In this document: positions 1-8,350 of the stretch, one piece after another
Position numbering within the stretch: position 1 is the stretch's first letter
Layout of the letters: each line of letters opens with the position of its first letter
Source: a virus
Lineage: Duplodnaviria > Caudoviricetes
Direction: 5' to 3' (one strand)
Virus record (IMG/VR): IMGVR_UViG_3300036819_000112
Span: 1 to 57,156 of that record
DNA: 57,156 nt
The notes under the pieces: generated by a model
The model's database searches: none
The model's input: the letters and a program-made list of their open reading frames with translations, nothing else
What the model was told of the DNA's origin: nothing
Position numbers and translations under genes: made by a program

Positions 1-127
1 ACCGCCATGAGCCGCGGCGACGGATCAGGCCTATGGCAGACCGAGAGGAATCTTTCGCGCCTGCGTGACGAATGGGCCAAGGGCACAAGCACCGCCGAAA
101 TCGGCCGGCTGCTCAGGGCGTCGAAAA
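1..127. repeat. Terminal direct repeat (assembly overlap), left copy
   Basis: 1-127 is identical to 57030-57156; 127 nt matches a de Bruijn k-mer overlap, so the contig is circular. Confidence 0.95.
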
Positions 128-582
128 GTGCCATCGTCGGCAAGGCCGGGCGGCTTGACCTGCCAGGGCGGCCGTCGCCGATCAAGCGCGGCCCCGATCA
201 TATACCCGTGCCGATTTCCGAGCGGGAGCGCCAGAGAGCGATCCCGCAGACCACCCTGCCGCCGATCGCCTCCGAGGTGCCCGCACCGGAGGTGACGTCC
301 AGGGACGCCCCGACGCTGCCAGCCCCGATTTCGCCGCCGCCCGCGCCCCGCCCGGTGATCGCCGCGCCTGTTCCCCCAGCGATGCCGGCATCGGCCTTCA
401 GCGAAGACGACAGGACATGCCGCTGGCCGATCACCGAACGCCCGTACCGGTACTGCGATCAGCCCACCTTTGGGCGGCTGGCCTTTTGCGAGAAGCACGC
501 CGGCAAAGCCTACCAGACCGAGGGGTGGCGACAACGGGCGAACGCCGGTCCACCGGCGCATGCATCTGGGGGAGGTGATTGA
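7..582 (+). CDS. gcrA: GcrA-family cell-cycle transcription regulator homolog
   Basis: N-terminal W..E...LRDEWAKGTSTAEIGRLL..SKSAIVGKAGRLDL and C-terminal CRWPI...YC...FCEKHAGKAY, joined by a Pro-rich linker. Confidence 0.9.
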   Translation: MSRGDGSGLWQTERNLSRLRDEWAKGTSTAEIGRLLRASKSAIVGKAGRLDLPGRPSPIKRGPDHIPVPISERERQRAIPQTTLPPIASEVPAPEVTSRDAPTLPAPISPPPAPRPVIAAPVPPAMPASAFSEDDRTCRWPITERPYRYCDQPTFGRLAFCEKHAGKAYQTEGWRQRANAGPPAHASGGGD

Positions 583-1886
583 TGTCCTGGGCAATGGAGC
601 TCTCCCCGGCCGGGTTTGACGGCATGTTTGCCGACCTCGCGATGATGGATCGCAAGACCGGTCGGGCCTACCTCCAGCTGCTCGGCTACCTCCGGCGCTT
701 CGGCTCAGTCCCGTCCGGAGAGCGCGCGCTTGCCAGCGTGCTGGGGGTGACGGTCGGGTTCCTTCGCGAAGTCGCCTGGCCGCTGCTGGAAGACCGCCTG
801 GAGCTTTCGGCGGACGGACGGCGGTATTCCGATCCCGACGTTACAGCGAGCCGGCCGCGGCGCCCGGTCCGTGAGCCAACGGACGATCGGATCAAAAATC
901 AGCAGCAGCAGGATGCCGCCAAAGCCAGATGGGCGAAGCAACGCGCCGCCGGGGAGCCGCTACAAACAGATGCGCAGGCGCATCCTGAAACGCATGCGGA
1001 GCGCATGCGATCTGATGCGGAAACGCATGTGATTTCAATGCGCGGCGCATCGGAAATGCATGCGGAAACGCATTCCACTGATGCGCCCAGCGCATCGTCG
1101 AGCGCATCCGGCGCATATGCGCTCGCGCATGCGCGCGCTCTCTCTCCCTCTGATACTTCTCTTGCTGAATCCCCTGATAATTGGAGAGATTCTTTGGGAG
1201 AGAGAGAGGACGCGCTCATGCGCAGCGATGCGTCGGCGCATGCGGAGCGCATGCGATCTGATGCGTCCGCGCATGCGTCAAGCGATGCGCCCGCCCCCGA
1301 AGCGCATCGTGCATCGGGACGCAAACAGCAGCCGCCGAGTCGCCCGAGTATCCCAATCCCACCGGACTGGAGGCCGACACCGGAGGACGCGTTGGCTGCT
1401 CGGGGCCGGGGCTACGATCCTGACGAACTCGCGCAAGGCTTCCTCGACTGGTATCTCGGCCGAGACGAGGTCAGCCCTGACTGGAATGCGAAGTTCCGCA
1501 CATGGATGCGGCGGGAGAAGAGTCCTCCCAACAGCAATCTCCAGCAGGGCACCATCAAGCTGCCGATCGAGGGCGGCGTTTCTGACGAGGCAGATGATCC
1601 CGCCGCGGCCGTGGGGGATGGCGTGGAGGCGCAATGGGTTCGCGCATCGCGCCAGCTCAAAGCTGAAATCGGCCCTGTCCCGTACCGGACCTGGATGTCG
1701 AAGGCCGCCATCGTCGGGATAGAGGATGGCGAGGCCACAATCAGCCTGCCCTCGACGTTCCTGCGCGACTATGTCCGCACCAATTTCCTCGATCGGCTGA
1801 CGGCATTCTGGCGGGCGGACAATCCCACGGTCCTGCGGGTCCAGGCTGTGGTGGCATCCGTTGAACGTCGGACGGCAGGTGGCTGA
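579..1886 (+). CDS. Phage replication initiator (YdaU-like N-terminus, DnaT-like middle motif, DnaA N-terminal-like C-terminus)
   Basis: PIPPDWRP...FLDWY...DWNAKFRTW motif; C-terminal W..LKAEIGPVPYRTW...PSTFLRDYV resembles DnaA domain I; internal iteron region. Confidence 0.75.
   Translation: MMSWAMELSPAGFDGMFADLAMMDRKTGRAYLQLLGYLRRFGSVPSGERALASVLGVTVGFLREVAWPLLEDRLELSADGRRYSDPDVTASRPRRPVREPTDDRIKNQQQQDAAKARWAKQRAAGEPLQTDAQAHPETHAERMRSDAETHVISMRGASEMHAETHSTDAPSASSSASGAYALAHARALSPSDTSLAESPDNWRDSLGEREDALMRSDASAHAERMRSDASAHASSDAPAPEAHRASGRKQQPPSRPSIPIPPDWRPTPEDALAARGRGYDPDELAQGFLDWYLGRDEVSPDWNAKFRTWMRREKSPPNSNLQQGTIKLPIEGGVSDEADDPAAAVGDGVEAQWVRASRQLKAEIGPVPYRTWMSKAAIVGIEDGEATISLPSTFLRDYVRTNFLDRLTAFWRADNPTVLRVQAVVASVERRTAGG
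965..1320. repeat. Putative replication origin (ATGCG/CGCAT iterons) inside the initiator gene
   Basis: Dense ATGCG motifs; CGCATGCGGAGCGCATGCGATCTGATGCG occurs twice (~991 and ~1237); AT-richer core flanked by CT/AG inverted tracts. Confidence 0.7.
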
Positions 1887-1928
1887 TGGCCCTCGCAGGA
1901 TACCTCCCCGACCCCGAGGCAGCCTGAG

Positions 1929-2264
1929 ATGTCCGCGCTCGCCCGCCTGCCGGAACCATGCCCGCGTCGGACGGCCCGTGTAGGCAGGCGTCCAGTAATC
2001 GTCGGTGCGGCCCTCGCACCTCCGGTGGCTGGCCAGATCGACCTGGGGACAGCGGTGCGCGTCTCGCTCTCCGGCAGTCACCGGACGTCGCTGATGTGCG
2101 AGGAGGGTGTGGTGATCGAGGTGGTGGAACCCGCGACGGACGTGCGAGCGGCCCGGGTCTTTCACCACCCCGAGCGGCTCTCCGTAGAGCGGCGCTACGT
2201 CGTGCAGTGCTGGTCCCGCCGGGTGCTGCGCCACGCGGCTCATATGGTCGTGGTCTCGCCGTGA
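1929..2264 (+). CDS. Hypothetical protein
   Basis: ORF in the coupled early operon; stop overlaps the next GTG. Confidence 0.6.
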   Translation: MSALARLPEPCPRRTARVGRRPVIVGAALAPPVAGQIDLGTAVRVSLSGSHRTSLMCEEGVVIEVVEPATDVRAARVFHHPERLSVERRYVVQCWSRRVLRHAAHMVVVSP

Positions 2265-2584
2265 CGGGTGACGCCAGACCGTACTGGACTGTCAGGGTGG
2301 GTCACGTCGCTCCTCTGGCGCCTGCCTGGTTGCGCGGGTTCGTGGTCTCGATGCTCGCCGATCCGCGCTCTGACAGCGACACGCTGCTGCGCCTGACGGA
2401 TGCGCTGGAAGAGGCCGCAGAGGAGGCGCTGACGGTGGGCCGGCCGGCGCTGGCGAGGGATCTGCGCGCATTGGCCGATGAGGCTCGCGCGCTGGCGCCG
2501 GATCGGGTCCTGGATGGCCTGCCGATGGCCGCCGGGGAAGCAAAGGGTGACCGCGAACGGGGCGGGAGGCTCCAACGCCAGTAA
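2261..2584 (+). CDS. Hypothetical protein
   Basis: GTGA overlap with the upstream stop; helical composition. Confidence 0.55.
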   Translation: MTGDARPYWTVRVGHVAPLAPAWLRGFVVSMLADPRSDSDTLLRLTDALEEAAEEALTVGRPALARDLRALADEARALAPDRVLDGLPMAAGEAKGDRERGGRLQRQ

Positions 2585-3030
2585 GAAAAGACCTGCGCCC
2601 GCTCTATCCGCCGGACTGGCCAGAGATCAGCCAGCGCATCCGCTTCGACGTCGCCCAGGGTCGCTGCATGCGCTGCCGCCGCCCGCATCTCACCCGCATC
2701 CTCTGCCTGCCGGATGGCCGATGGGAAGATTTTGACCAGAGGTGTTGGTACGATGGGGACGGAGCCATGGTCCCCGCGCCTTCCGTGCTGGAGGTCGATC
2801 GCAGCGGCCATGTCACCCGGGTGGTGCTGGCCACGGCCCATCGCGACCATGATCCCGCCAACAGCGACGATCCAAACTTCGCCGCCTGGTGCCAGCGCTG
2901 TCATCTCCTGCACGACGCCGCCCATCATCGGGCACAGCGCCAGATCACACTCCGGCTTCGGTGGGCGATCGGGGACCTGTTCTCGGGCCTTTACTCGCTG
3001 GCCGGATATCCCAGGAACGGGGCGCCATGA
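2575..3030 (+). CDS. HNH-like Zn-finger protein (ACG at the expected start)
   Basis: In-frame PVRKDLRPLYPPDWPEISQRIRF..GRCMRC...AHRDHDPAN...WCQRCHLLHD; GGAGG precedes ACG at 2575. Confidence 0.7.
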   Translation, partial: TPVRKDLRPLYPPDWPEISQRIRFDVAQGRCMRCRRPHLTRILCLPDGRWEDFDQRCWYDGDGAMVPAPSVLEVDRSGHVTRVVLATAHRDHDPANSDDPNFAAWCQRCHLLHDAAHHRAQRQITLRLRWAIGDLFSGLYSLAGYPRNGAP

Positions 3031-3881
3031 CCGGGCCATCACGGCCGCTGCTGCGCTGGCATGGTGGAAAGTGGCGCTTGGCTCCGTGGATCGTAGCGCA
3101 CCTTCCCCGCCATCGTGTTTACGTCGAGCCGTTCGGTGGCGCGGCGAGCGTCTTGCTCCGCAAACCCCGCTCCTATGCTGAAATCTACAACGACCTCGAC
3201 GGCGATGTGGTGAATCTGTTCCAGGTCCTGCGGTCCGGTCGCGCCGGCGAACTCGTCCGGGCTTTGGAGTTGACGCCGTTCGCAAGAGCCGAATTCGAGG
3301 GTGCCTACGAACGATCCGATGATCCGGTGGAGGAGGCTCGTAGCCTCATCGTGCGCTCATTCATGGGGTTCGGTTCCGACGGGTTCAACCGAGCCGTGCG
3401 AACCGGGTTTCGATCGACGTCCAATCGGAGCGGCACCACGCCGGCGCACGATTGGGCGAATTACCCCACGGCGCTACGGGCGATCATTAAGCGCCTGAAC
3501 GGGGTGGTCATCGAGCGGCGGCCGGCGCTGCAGGTGATGCTTCAACACAACGATGTAGACGCCCTGCACTACCTCGACCCACCCTATATGCCGGAAACCC
3601 GGTCGGAGAAGAGCCGCAAGACGGGCGAGCGCTATCATGCCTACGCGCACGAGATGACGCCGGCCGATCATGCAGCGCTGCTGGCTAGCCTTCCGAACAT
3701 CCGTGGTGCCGTGGTCATCAGCGGGTACGCAACTCGGCTCTACGACGAGGCGCTGGTGGGCTGGCGGCGGCTGACGATCGCGGCGCTGGCGGACGGTGCG
3801 GCAAAACGAACCGAGGTGCTTTGGCTCAATCCCAGAGCAGCAGATCAAATCGCAGGCGAGTTGGAGTTCGGCTCGCCATGA
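3027..3881 (+). CDS. DNA adenine methyltransferase (Dam/D12 class)
   Basis: RWHGGKW, YVEPFGGAAS, NDLD and YLDPPY motifs. Confidence 0.92.
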   Translation: MTGPSRPLLRWHGGKWRLAPWIVAHLPRHRVYVEPFGGAASVLLRKPRSYAEIYNDLDGDVVNLFQVLRSGRAGELVRALELTPFARAEFEGAYERSDDPVEEARSLIVRSFMGFGSDGFNRAVRTGFRSTSNRSGTTPAHDWANYPTALRAIIKRLNGVVIERRPALQVMLQHNDVDALHYLDPPYMPETRSEKSRKTGERYHAYAHEMTPADHAALLASLPNIRGAVVISGYATRLYDEALVGWRRLTIAALADGAAKRTEVLWLNPRAADQIAGELEFGSP

Positions 3882-4060
3882 AAAAAGCCGATCGCATCGC
3901 CGCTGAACAGGCGCTGTATCGGAAGCGGATGGCTGAACTCGCCGCCTGGAAACTGACGCAACCGTGCAAAAACAGCGGCAATGTCCAGGTTCGCGGCGAT
4001 GGCGGGTGCCTGCGGTGCGATGCCGACGCCGGCGAGGTATGCCGTGATGGCGCGCCATGA
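3878..4060 (+). CDS. Small Cys-containing hypothetical protein
   Basis: ATGA coupling on both sides; CLRC..C. Confidence 0.6.
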   Translation: MKKADRIAAEQALYRKRMAELAAWKLTQPCKNSGNVQVRGDGGCLRCDADAGEVCRDGAP

Positions 4061-4263
4061 GTCGAAGTTGGCCACTCGACGAAGAGTGCTGCACCGGGAT
4101 GGATGTGCCGATTGACCCTTGGACCGCGGAAGACGTCGCGTTCTGGACGGCAACCCCGACTTATCAGCCATGGAAAGACGTAGCGGCGCTATTCGGGGCG
4201 GAGATGGAGCGGACATCCGCTGCTGCTCGGGCGTTGGGCGCCAATCTGACGGAGAAGGGTTGA
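4057..4263 (+). CDS. Hypothetical protein
   Basis: Coupled ORF. Confidence 0.5.
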   Translation: MSRSWPLDEECCTGMDVPIDPWTAEDVAFWTATPTYQPWKDVAALFGAEMERTSAAARALGANLTEKG

Positions 4264-4628
4264 TGACCCCCATCGCCAAGGAGGAGATGCTCGCGCTCCG
4301 CGAAGACCGCGGCTGGTCGTACGCCAGGATCGCGGCGACTTACGGAGTGTCGCCGGCGGTGGTCTCCTACCATTGCCTGATTGCGGGGGCCGAGAAGCCG
4401 GGGCCATTCCCGAGATCGTATGTGCGCCCGGGCGCCATAGAGCAGCGCGGCAACCATGTCGTCCGCCGTTTCACCCCTGACGAAGATGCGCTGATCCTGG
4501 CGCTATCGCTGAGGGGTATGAGCAACGGGGCGATCGGCCGCTCGTGCTCACCGCGCCGCCGCCCCAACTCGATCAAAGGGCGACTCGCGACACTGGCCCG
4601 CCGGGAAGCTCGGGCGGAGGCAGGCTGA
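4263..4628 (+). CDS. HTH/Myb-like DNA-binding protein
   Basis: GWSYARIAATYGVSPAVVSY and FTPDEDALIL...SNGAIGR...NSIKGRL. Confidence 0.7.
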   Translation: MTPIAKEEMLALREDRGWSYARIAATYGVSPAVVSYHCLIAGAEKPGPFPRSYVRPGAIEQRGNHVVRRFTPDEDALILALSLRGMSNGAIGRSCSPRRRPNSIKGRLATLARREARAEAG

Positions 4629-4835
4629 ATGGACGCCATAGGCGAAGCCCAGAGGAGGATGGAGACGGTCTGGACCGCTGCTCGCCTGGCTGACAGGTGC
4701 TACGACGAGCGGCTCTCCGATGCCCACGGCCTGACGCGGGCCGAATACGTCGGCAAAGCCGTGGTGGCGGCGCTCTATGCCGATATCGGCAACGGCCGGC
4801 CGCCCAACGCCCGCGCGGTGGATGAGGGGAGATGA
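4629..4835 (+). CDS. Hypothetical protein
   Basis: Coupled ORF. Confidence 0.55.
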   Translation: MDAIGEAQRRMETVWTAARLADRCYDERLSDAHGLTRAEYVGKAVVAALYADIGNGRPPNARAVDEGR

Positions 4836-5425
4836 CGATGCACACGAAGGACTTTCTGGCCCAAGAGCTACGTAAGGCTGGCCTGAGCGCGATGGCCGAC
4901 AAGGCAGCGACCGGGTACTACCACGACTACCTCTCACCTCTCGATCTGCCCTGCCAGCAACTCGCGCACGACCTTAAAACCTTCGCCAACGCGCCGTCGC
5001 TGTCCGCGCCGCGCCGACACGAAGTGCAGACGTTGTTGGCGCGGCACATGAACGGGGAATTTGACGCCAGCAAGGAAGAGTCGGAGGCCTGGGCCTCAAG
5101 CGATGAAGGCAAAGAGACCTTCGGCAAGCTGACCGAACAGCAGCCGCCGGAGACTGAGGGGAAAGAGCGGATTGGGCGGCTGGCGATGCGCCACGAAGGC
5201 GAGTTCTGGAACGCCTACTACGCGTTGCCGCAAAGCATGGATCGGGCGGTCTTGATCGGATCGATCCACATGAAGTTCGTCGAGAAAGAGGGGCGCAAGC
5301 AGGCCTTCATGGACCTCATGCGTGAGTGTGCGGCTGACATCATCGAGGCGGCGATCGGCCAGCGGCCCATCTGGCCAAGGGGACCCGAACCGGCGCCGGA
5401 GCACGAGCGCTCGGGGCACGCATGA
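4832..5425 (+). CDS. Hypothetical phage protein (apparently two domains)
   Basis: Good RBS and globular composition; acidic linker QQPPETEGK separates the halves. Confidence 0.7.
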   Translation: MTMHTKDFLAQELRKAGLSAMADKAATGYYHDYLSPLDLPCQQLAHDLKTFANAPSLSAPRRHEVQTLLARHMNGEFDASKEESEAWASSDEGKETFGKLTEQQPPETEGKERIGRLAMRHEGEFWNAYYALPQSMDRAVLIGSIHMKFVEKEGRKQAFMDLMRECAADIIEAAIGQRPIWPRGPEPAPEHERSGHA

Positions 5426-5459
5426 CAGGCCCGGATCACGTCACTTCACCGGCGGCGCG

Positions 5460-5636
5460 ATGAGCGCCTGGCTGCATCGCCTCCAGCACGCCCTTCACTG
5501 GCAGTTTGGCCATGTCGTCAGCGCGCTGGACGATCACGGCACGGTTTGGATCGGCTTTCGGTGCTCGCGGTGTGGCGAGATCACGGGCATCCATGCCAGT
5601 TGGCGGGACAGTCCGCCGCTGGATCGCTTCACATGA
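5460..5636 (+). CDS. Small Zn-ribbon protein
   Basis: CSRC motif; coupled to the next ORF. Confidence 0.55.
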   Translation: MSAWLHRLQHALHWQFGHVVSALDDHGTVWIGFRCSRCGEITGIHASWRDSPPLDRFT

Positions 5637-5851
5637 GCACCTGGCCCAAGCCTACCTGGGAGCCGCTCTGGCTGCGCTGCGGACCGTGCGGCCACGAATG
5701 GGACGACTGGCAGCCATGCCATGTTCCGATCCTGACCTGGACGGCTCATGTCCAGGCGCTGCGCTGCCCGAAGTGCCGAGCAAGGCGGAAGCTGTTCATG
5801 CGTATGACGCCGCTCACAGAGGCCACTACCCAGGCCGGCACGGGAGTCTAG
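5633..5851 (+). CDS. Small Zn-ribbon protein
   Basis: CGPC...CPKC. Confidence 0.6.
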   Translation: MSTWPKPTWEPLWLRCGPCGHEWDDWQPCHVPILTWTAHVQALRCPKCRARRKLFMRMTPLTEATTQAGTGV

Positions 5852-6254
5852 CGGAGCGGGGATCATCCGCCCTGCCAGAAGTTGAGAGAGCAATCGCGAA
5901 ACCGCACACCCGGCAGGTCACCACCCAAAGCCCGCATCTCGCCGCTGGGTAGGGCAGTTCGACGCGGCAGGCGTGCGGAGCGTCAAGGGCAACGTCGATC
6001 GCGCTGCCATTGGGGTAGGCCGAGTCTGCGGGATAGCTCGCTTCCCGATGCTGATCGACCCAATCCACCAGAAACCGCGATTCTGCGACCGGCGCACCAG
6101 GCTCCAGTGACACCGCGCTGAACGCGAGCGGCTGTCCGCGCTGCATCGTCCCAGCCTCAGCCCAGCAGCGCTCATTCTCAAATTCCGGATCGTCAGGTGC
6201 ACCGTCGAAGGCGTCGTCGTGCGGATCGTCAACTCGGTCGGCGGTGTTCTGCAT
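5826..6254 (-). CDS. Cys-rich hypothetical phage protein
   Basis: LPYPAARCG..VVTCRVCG...GRADDPRS..LPC; convergent with the early operon. Confidence 0.6.
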   Translation of the reverse strand: MQNTADRVDDPHDDAFDGAPDDPEFENERCWAEAGTMQRGQPLAFSAVSLEPGAPVAESRFLVDWVDQHREASYPADSAYPNGSAIDVALDAPHACRVELPYPAARCGLWVVTCRVCGFAIALSTSGRADDPRSARLPCRPG

Positions 6255-6679
6255 GCCCCCGATTCTGCCATCGCGAGCGGTGCAGTGGCAACGCGTGGCG
6301 GAGGTGATTCCGCATGCGGATCGCCGATGGACGCGCATAGAATCACTGCACGTCTTCGCATGGAAACAACGGCTGATTGATGTGCGATTTGTCTGCAAAA
6401 ATCGATGCGAAAATTCTGGATAAATAGATACACATCGATGCCGATTTTGATGCGCAGAACGCATGCGCTGGCACACCCCGCCGCACCTCTGCCCATGTCT
6501 ATTTCCCAGGCACGATCCGGTGCTTTTCCGTCTCAGCGCTTGATCGCGGCGCGCGCATAGCGATACAAAGTCGTTGACTATTAGATCGAAACGGCGCTGC
6601 CATCGGCGCTAGAAGCCAACGTTAACGGGGCCGGTTCCCGACTTTGGAACCATGCGCGCCGTGCGGGAGCAATCCAGAC

Positions 6680-7339
6680 ATGGGTGACACTCATTCCGAT
6701 ATAGATCGGACCGCGGAGCCGTGGGAAATCGAAGGCATTAGCCGGCGCACCTGGTATCGGCGCTCTGCCGCCGAGTACAGAGACCTGAACACGAAGCGGG
6801 TCGAGCCGGCTGGTCCAAGGTGGTACTGCGGACGAACGGTGTATGGCGGCGAGCGGCAGGCCGCGGCAGAGTGTCGTTCGGCAGGCTTTGACGTGTTTGC
6901 GCCGACCATCTTCAAACCGGCCACGCGAGCCAGACGCAACGCCGTCGGCGCGATCATCCCCGCCCGCCCGGCCAGCGCGGTACCGCTGTTTCCGAACTAC
7001 ATCTTCTCCCGGTTTCGCGTGATCGATTACTGGCGGTATCGGGGCGATCTGCCGAGTGTGGCCGGCCTCCTCAGCCTCGCTCCCGACGCTCCTACTCCCA
7101 TGCCCGACCGCGCCATCAGCTTGATCCGAGGCATGTGCGGTGCCGACGACTGCTATCACGAGGACGGCGATACGCCGAACACCCTTGTCGGCGCTCTTCT
7201 GCGGCTGCTCAGCGGTCCGTTCAGTGGGTTCGAGGGCATCTGCGATTGGTCAGGGGACGGGAAGGCACGGATGCCGGTCACGTTCTGCGGCCGGCCGTGC
7301 CCTATTACCGTCGATCAGGAGATGGTGGAGGTGGTCTGA
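6680..7339 (+). CDS. NusG-like transcription antiterminator (probable late-gene regulator)
   Basis: NGN motifs WYCGRT..GGERQA, PLFPNYIF; KOW-like LLSGPFSGFEG; upstream of the packaging genes. Confidence 0.85.
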   Translation: MGDTHSDIDRTAEPWEIEGISRRTWYRRSAAEYRDLNTKRVEPAGPRWYCGRTVYGGERQAAAECRSAGFDVFAPTIFKPATRARRNAVGAIIPARPASAVPLFPNYIFSRFRVIDYWRYRGDLPSVAGLLSLAPDAPTPMPDRAISLIRGMCGADDCYHEDGDTPNTLVGALLRLLSGPFSGFEGICDWSGDGKARMPVTFCGRPCPITVDQEMVEVV

Positions 7340-7367
7340 AGCGACGGAAAACCGCCATTTGTCAGAG

Positions 7368-7389
7368 GGTGATAAGAAATATTATCTCC
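7368..7389. promoter_or_regulatory. Candidate recombination/binding site of the adjacent tyrosine recombinase
   Basis: GGTGATAA-gaaata-TTATCTCC: inverted arms with a 6-bp spacer just upstream of the recombinase. Confidence 0.5.
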
Positions 7390-7414
7390 TATTGATATCC
7401 GGAGATCAGTAGCC

Positions 7415-8341
7415 ATGACCAGCGCCCTAGCAGTGCCTGTACGCTCGTCACCTCCCGCTCAGCGGCTGGATACAACCGATGACGCGATGGTTGCACTCTG
7501 GCTTGGGAGATACACCCGTTCGGCTCACACCAGGCGCAGCTACAAAGCGGACGTGGATGCATTCCGCGCTTTTGTCGCCAAACCATTGCCCACGGTCACC
7601 GGGAGCGACATCAATGCATTTGCGTCGAGCCTCGGCCACCTGGCGCCCGCGTCGCAGAGTCGCCGACTGTCGGCAGTCAAGTCGCTGATCGGACTGCTGC
7701 ACCGCCAGGGCCTGATGCCCTTCGATGTCGCCGCGGCGATCCAGCTCCCAGCGATCAAGGACACCTTGATCGAGCGGATCATGACGGAGGAGGCGGTGCA
7801 GCGCCTGCTCTGGGCGGCCGAGGCGCCGCCGCGGTTCTCCCGGATAAACAATCGCACAACGCGATGGGCCAAGCGCAACGCGGCGCTGTTGCGGTTGCTT
7901 TATGGTGCTGGTTTGCGAATCAGCGAGGCGTGCGGCTTGTGCTGGCGCGATCTAACGCCCCGTGATCAGGCCGGCCAGCTGAACGTGCTGGGCAAAGGCG
8001 GCAAGACGCGCCCGGTGCTGCTGACCAAATCACTTTGGGACCGACTCGCCGAGTTGCGAGGCAGTGCCGGCCCGGGCGATTCAGTTTTCAAGTCGCGCGA
8101 AGGTGGCGCATTGGCACCATCGCAGGTCGATCGGATTATGAAAACTGCGGTAAAACGCGCCCAACTACCGCCGGCGGTGTCAGCTCACTGGCTCCGGCAC
8201 GCCCACGCAAGTCATGCCCTCGATCGCGGCGCTCCGGTACATGTCGTGCAAACGACGCTCGGCCATGCGTCGCTGACCACGACCACTCGTTACACTCATG
8301 CGCGGCCTGGCGACAGTAGCGCTAAGTATCTCACGGCATAG
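7415..8341 (+). CDS. XerC/D-like tyrosine recombinase (resolvase type)
   Basis: SAM-like N-domain; GLRISE, GKGGKTR, HWLRHAHASH, LGHASLTTTTRY catalytic residues. Confidence 0.93.
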   Translation: MTSALAVPVRSSPPAQRLDTTDDAMVALWLGRYTRSAHTRRSYKADVDAFRAFVAKPLPTVTGSDINAFASSLGHLAPASQSRRLSAVKSLIGLLHRQGLMPFDVAAAIQLPAIKDTLIERIMTEEAVQRLLWAAEAPPRFSRINNRTTRWAKRNAALLRLLYGAGLRISEACGLCWRDLTPRDQAGQLNVLGKGGKTRPVLLTKSLWDRLAELRGSAGPGDSVFKSREGGALAPSQVDRIMKTAVKRAQLPPAVSAHWLRHAHASHALDRGAPVHVVQTTLGHASLTTTTRYTHARPGDSSAKYLTA

Positions 8342-8350
8342 GTTTCATTC

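Noticed and set aside
1-127. Terminal repeat as a biological DTR
   Set aside because: Exactly 127 nt and cuts through coding sequence; typical assembler overlap
965-1320. CRISPR-like or ncRNA repeat array
   Set aside because: Irregular short motifs inside an ORF with no repeat-spacer periodicity; fits an iteron origin
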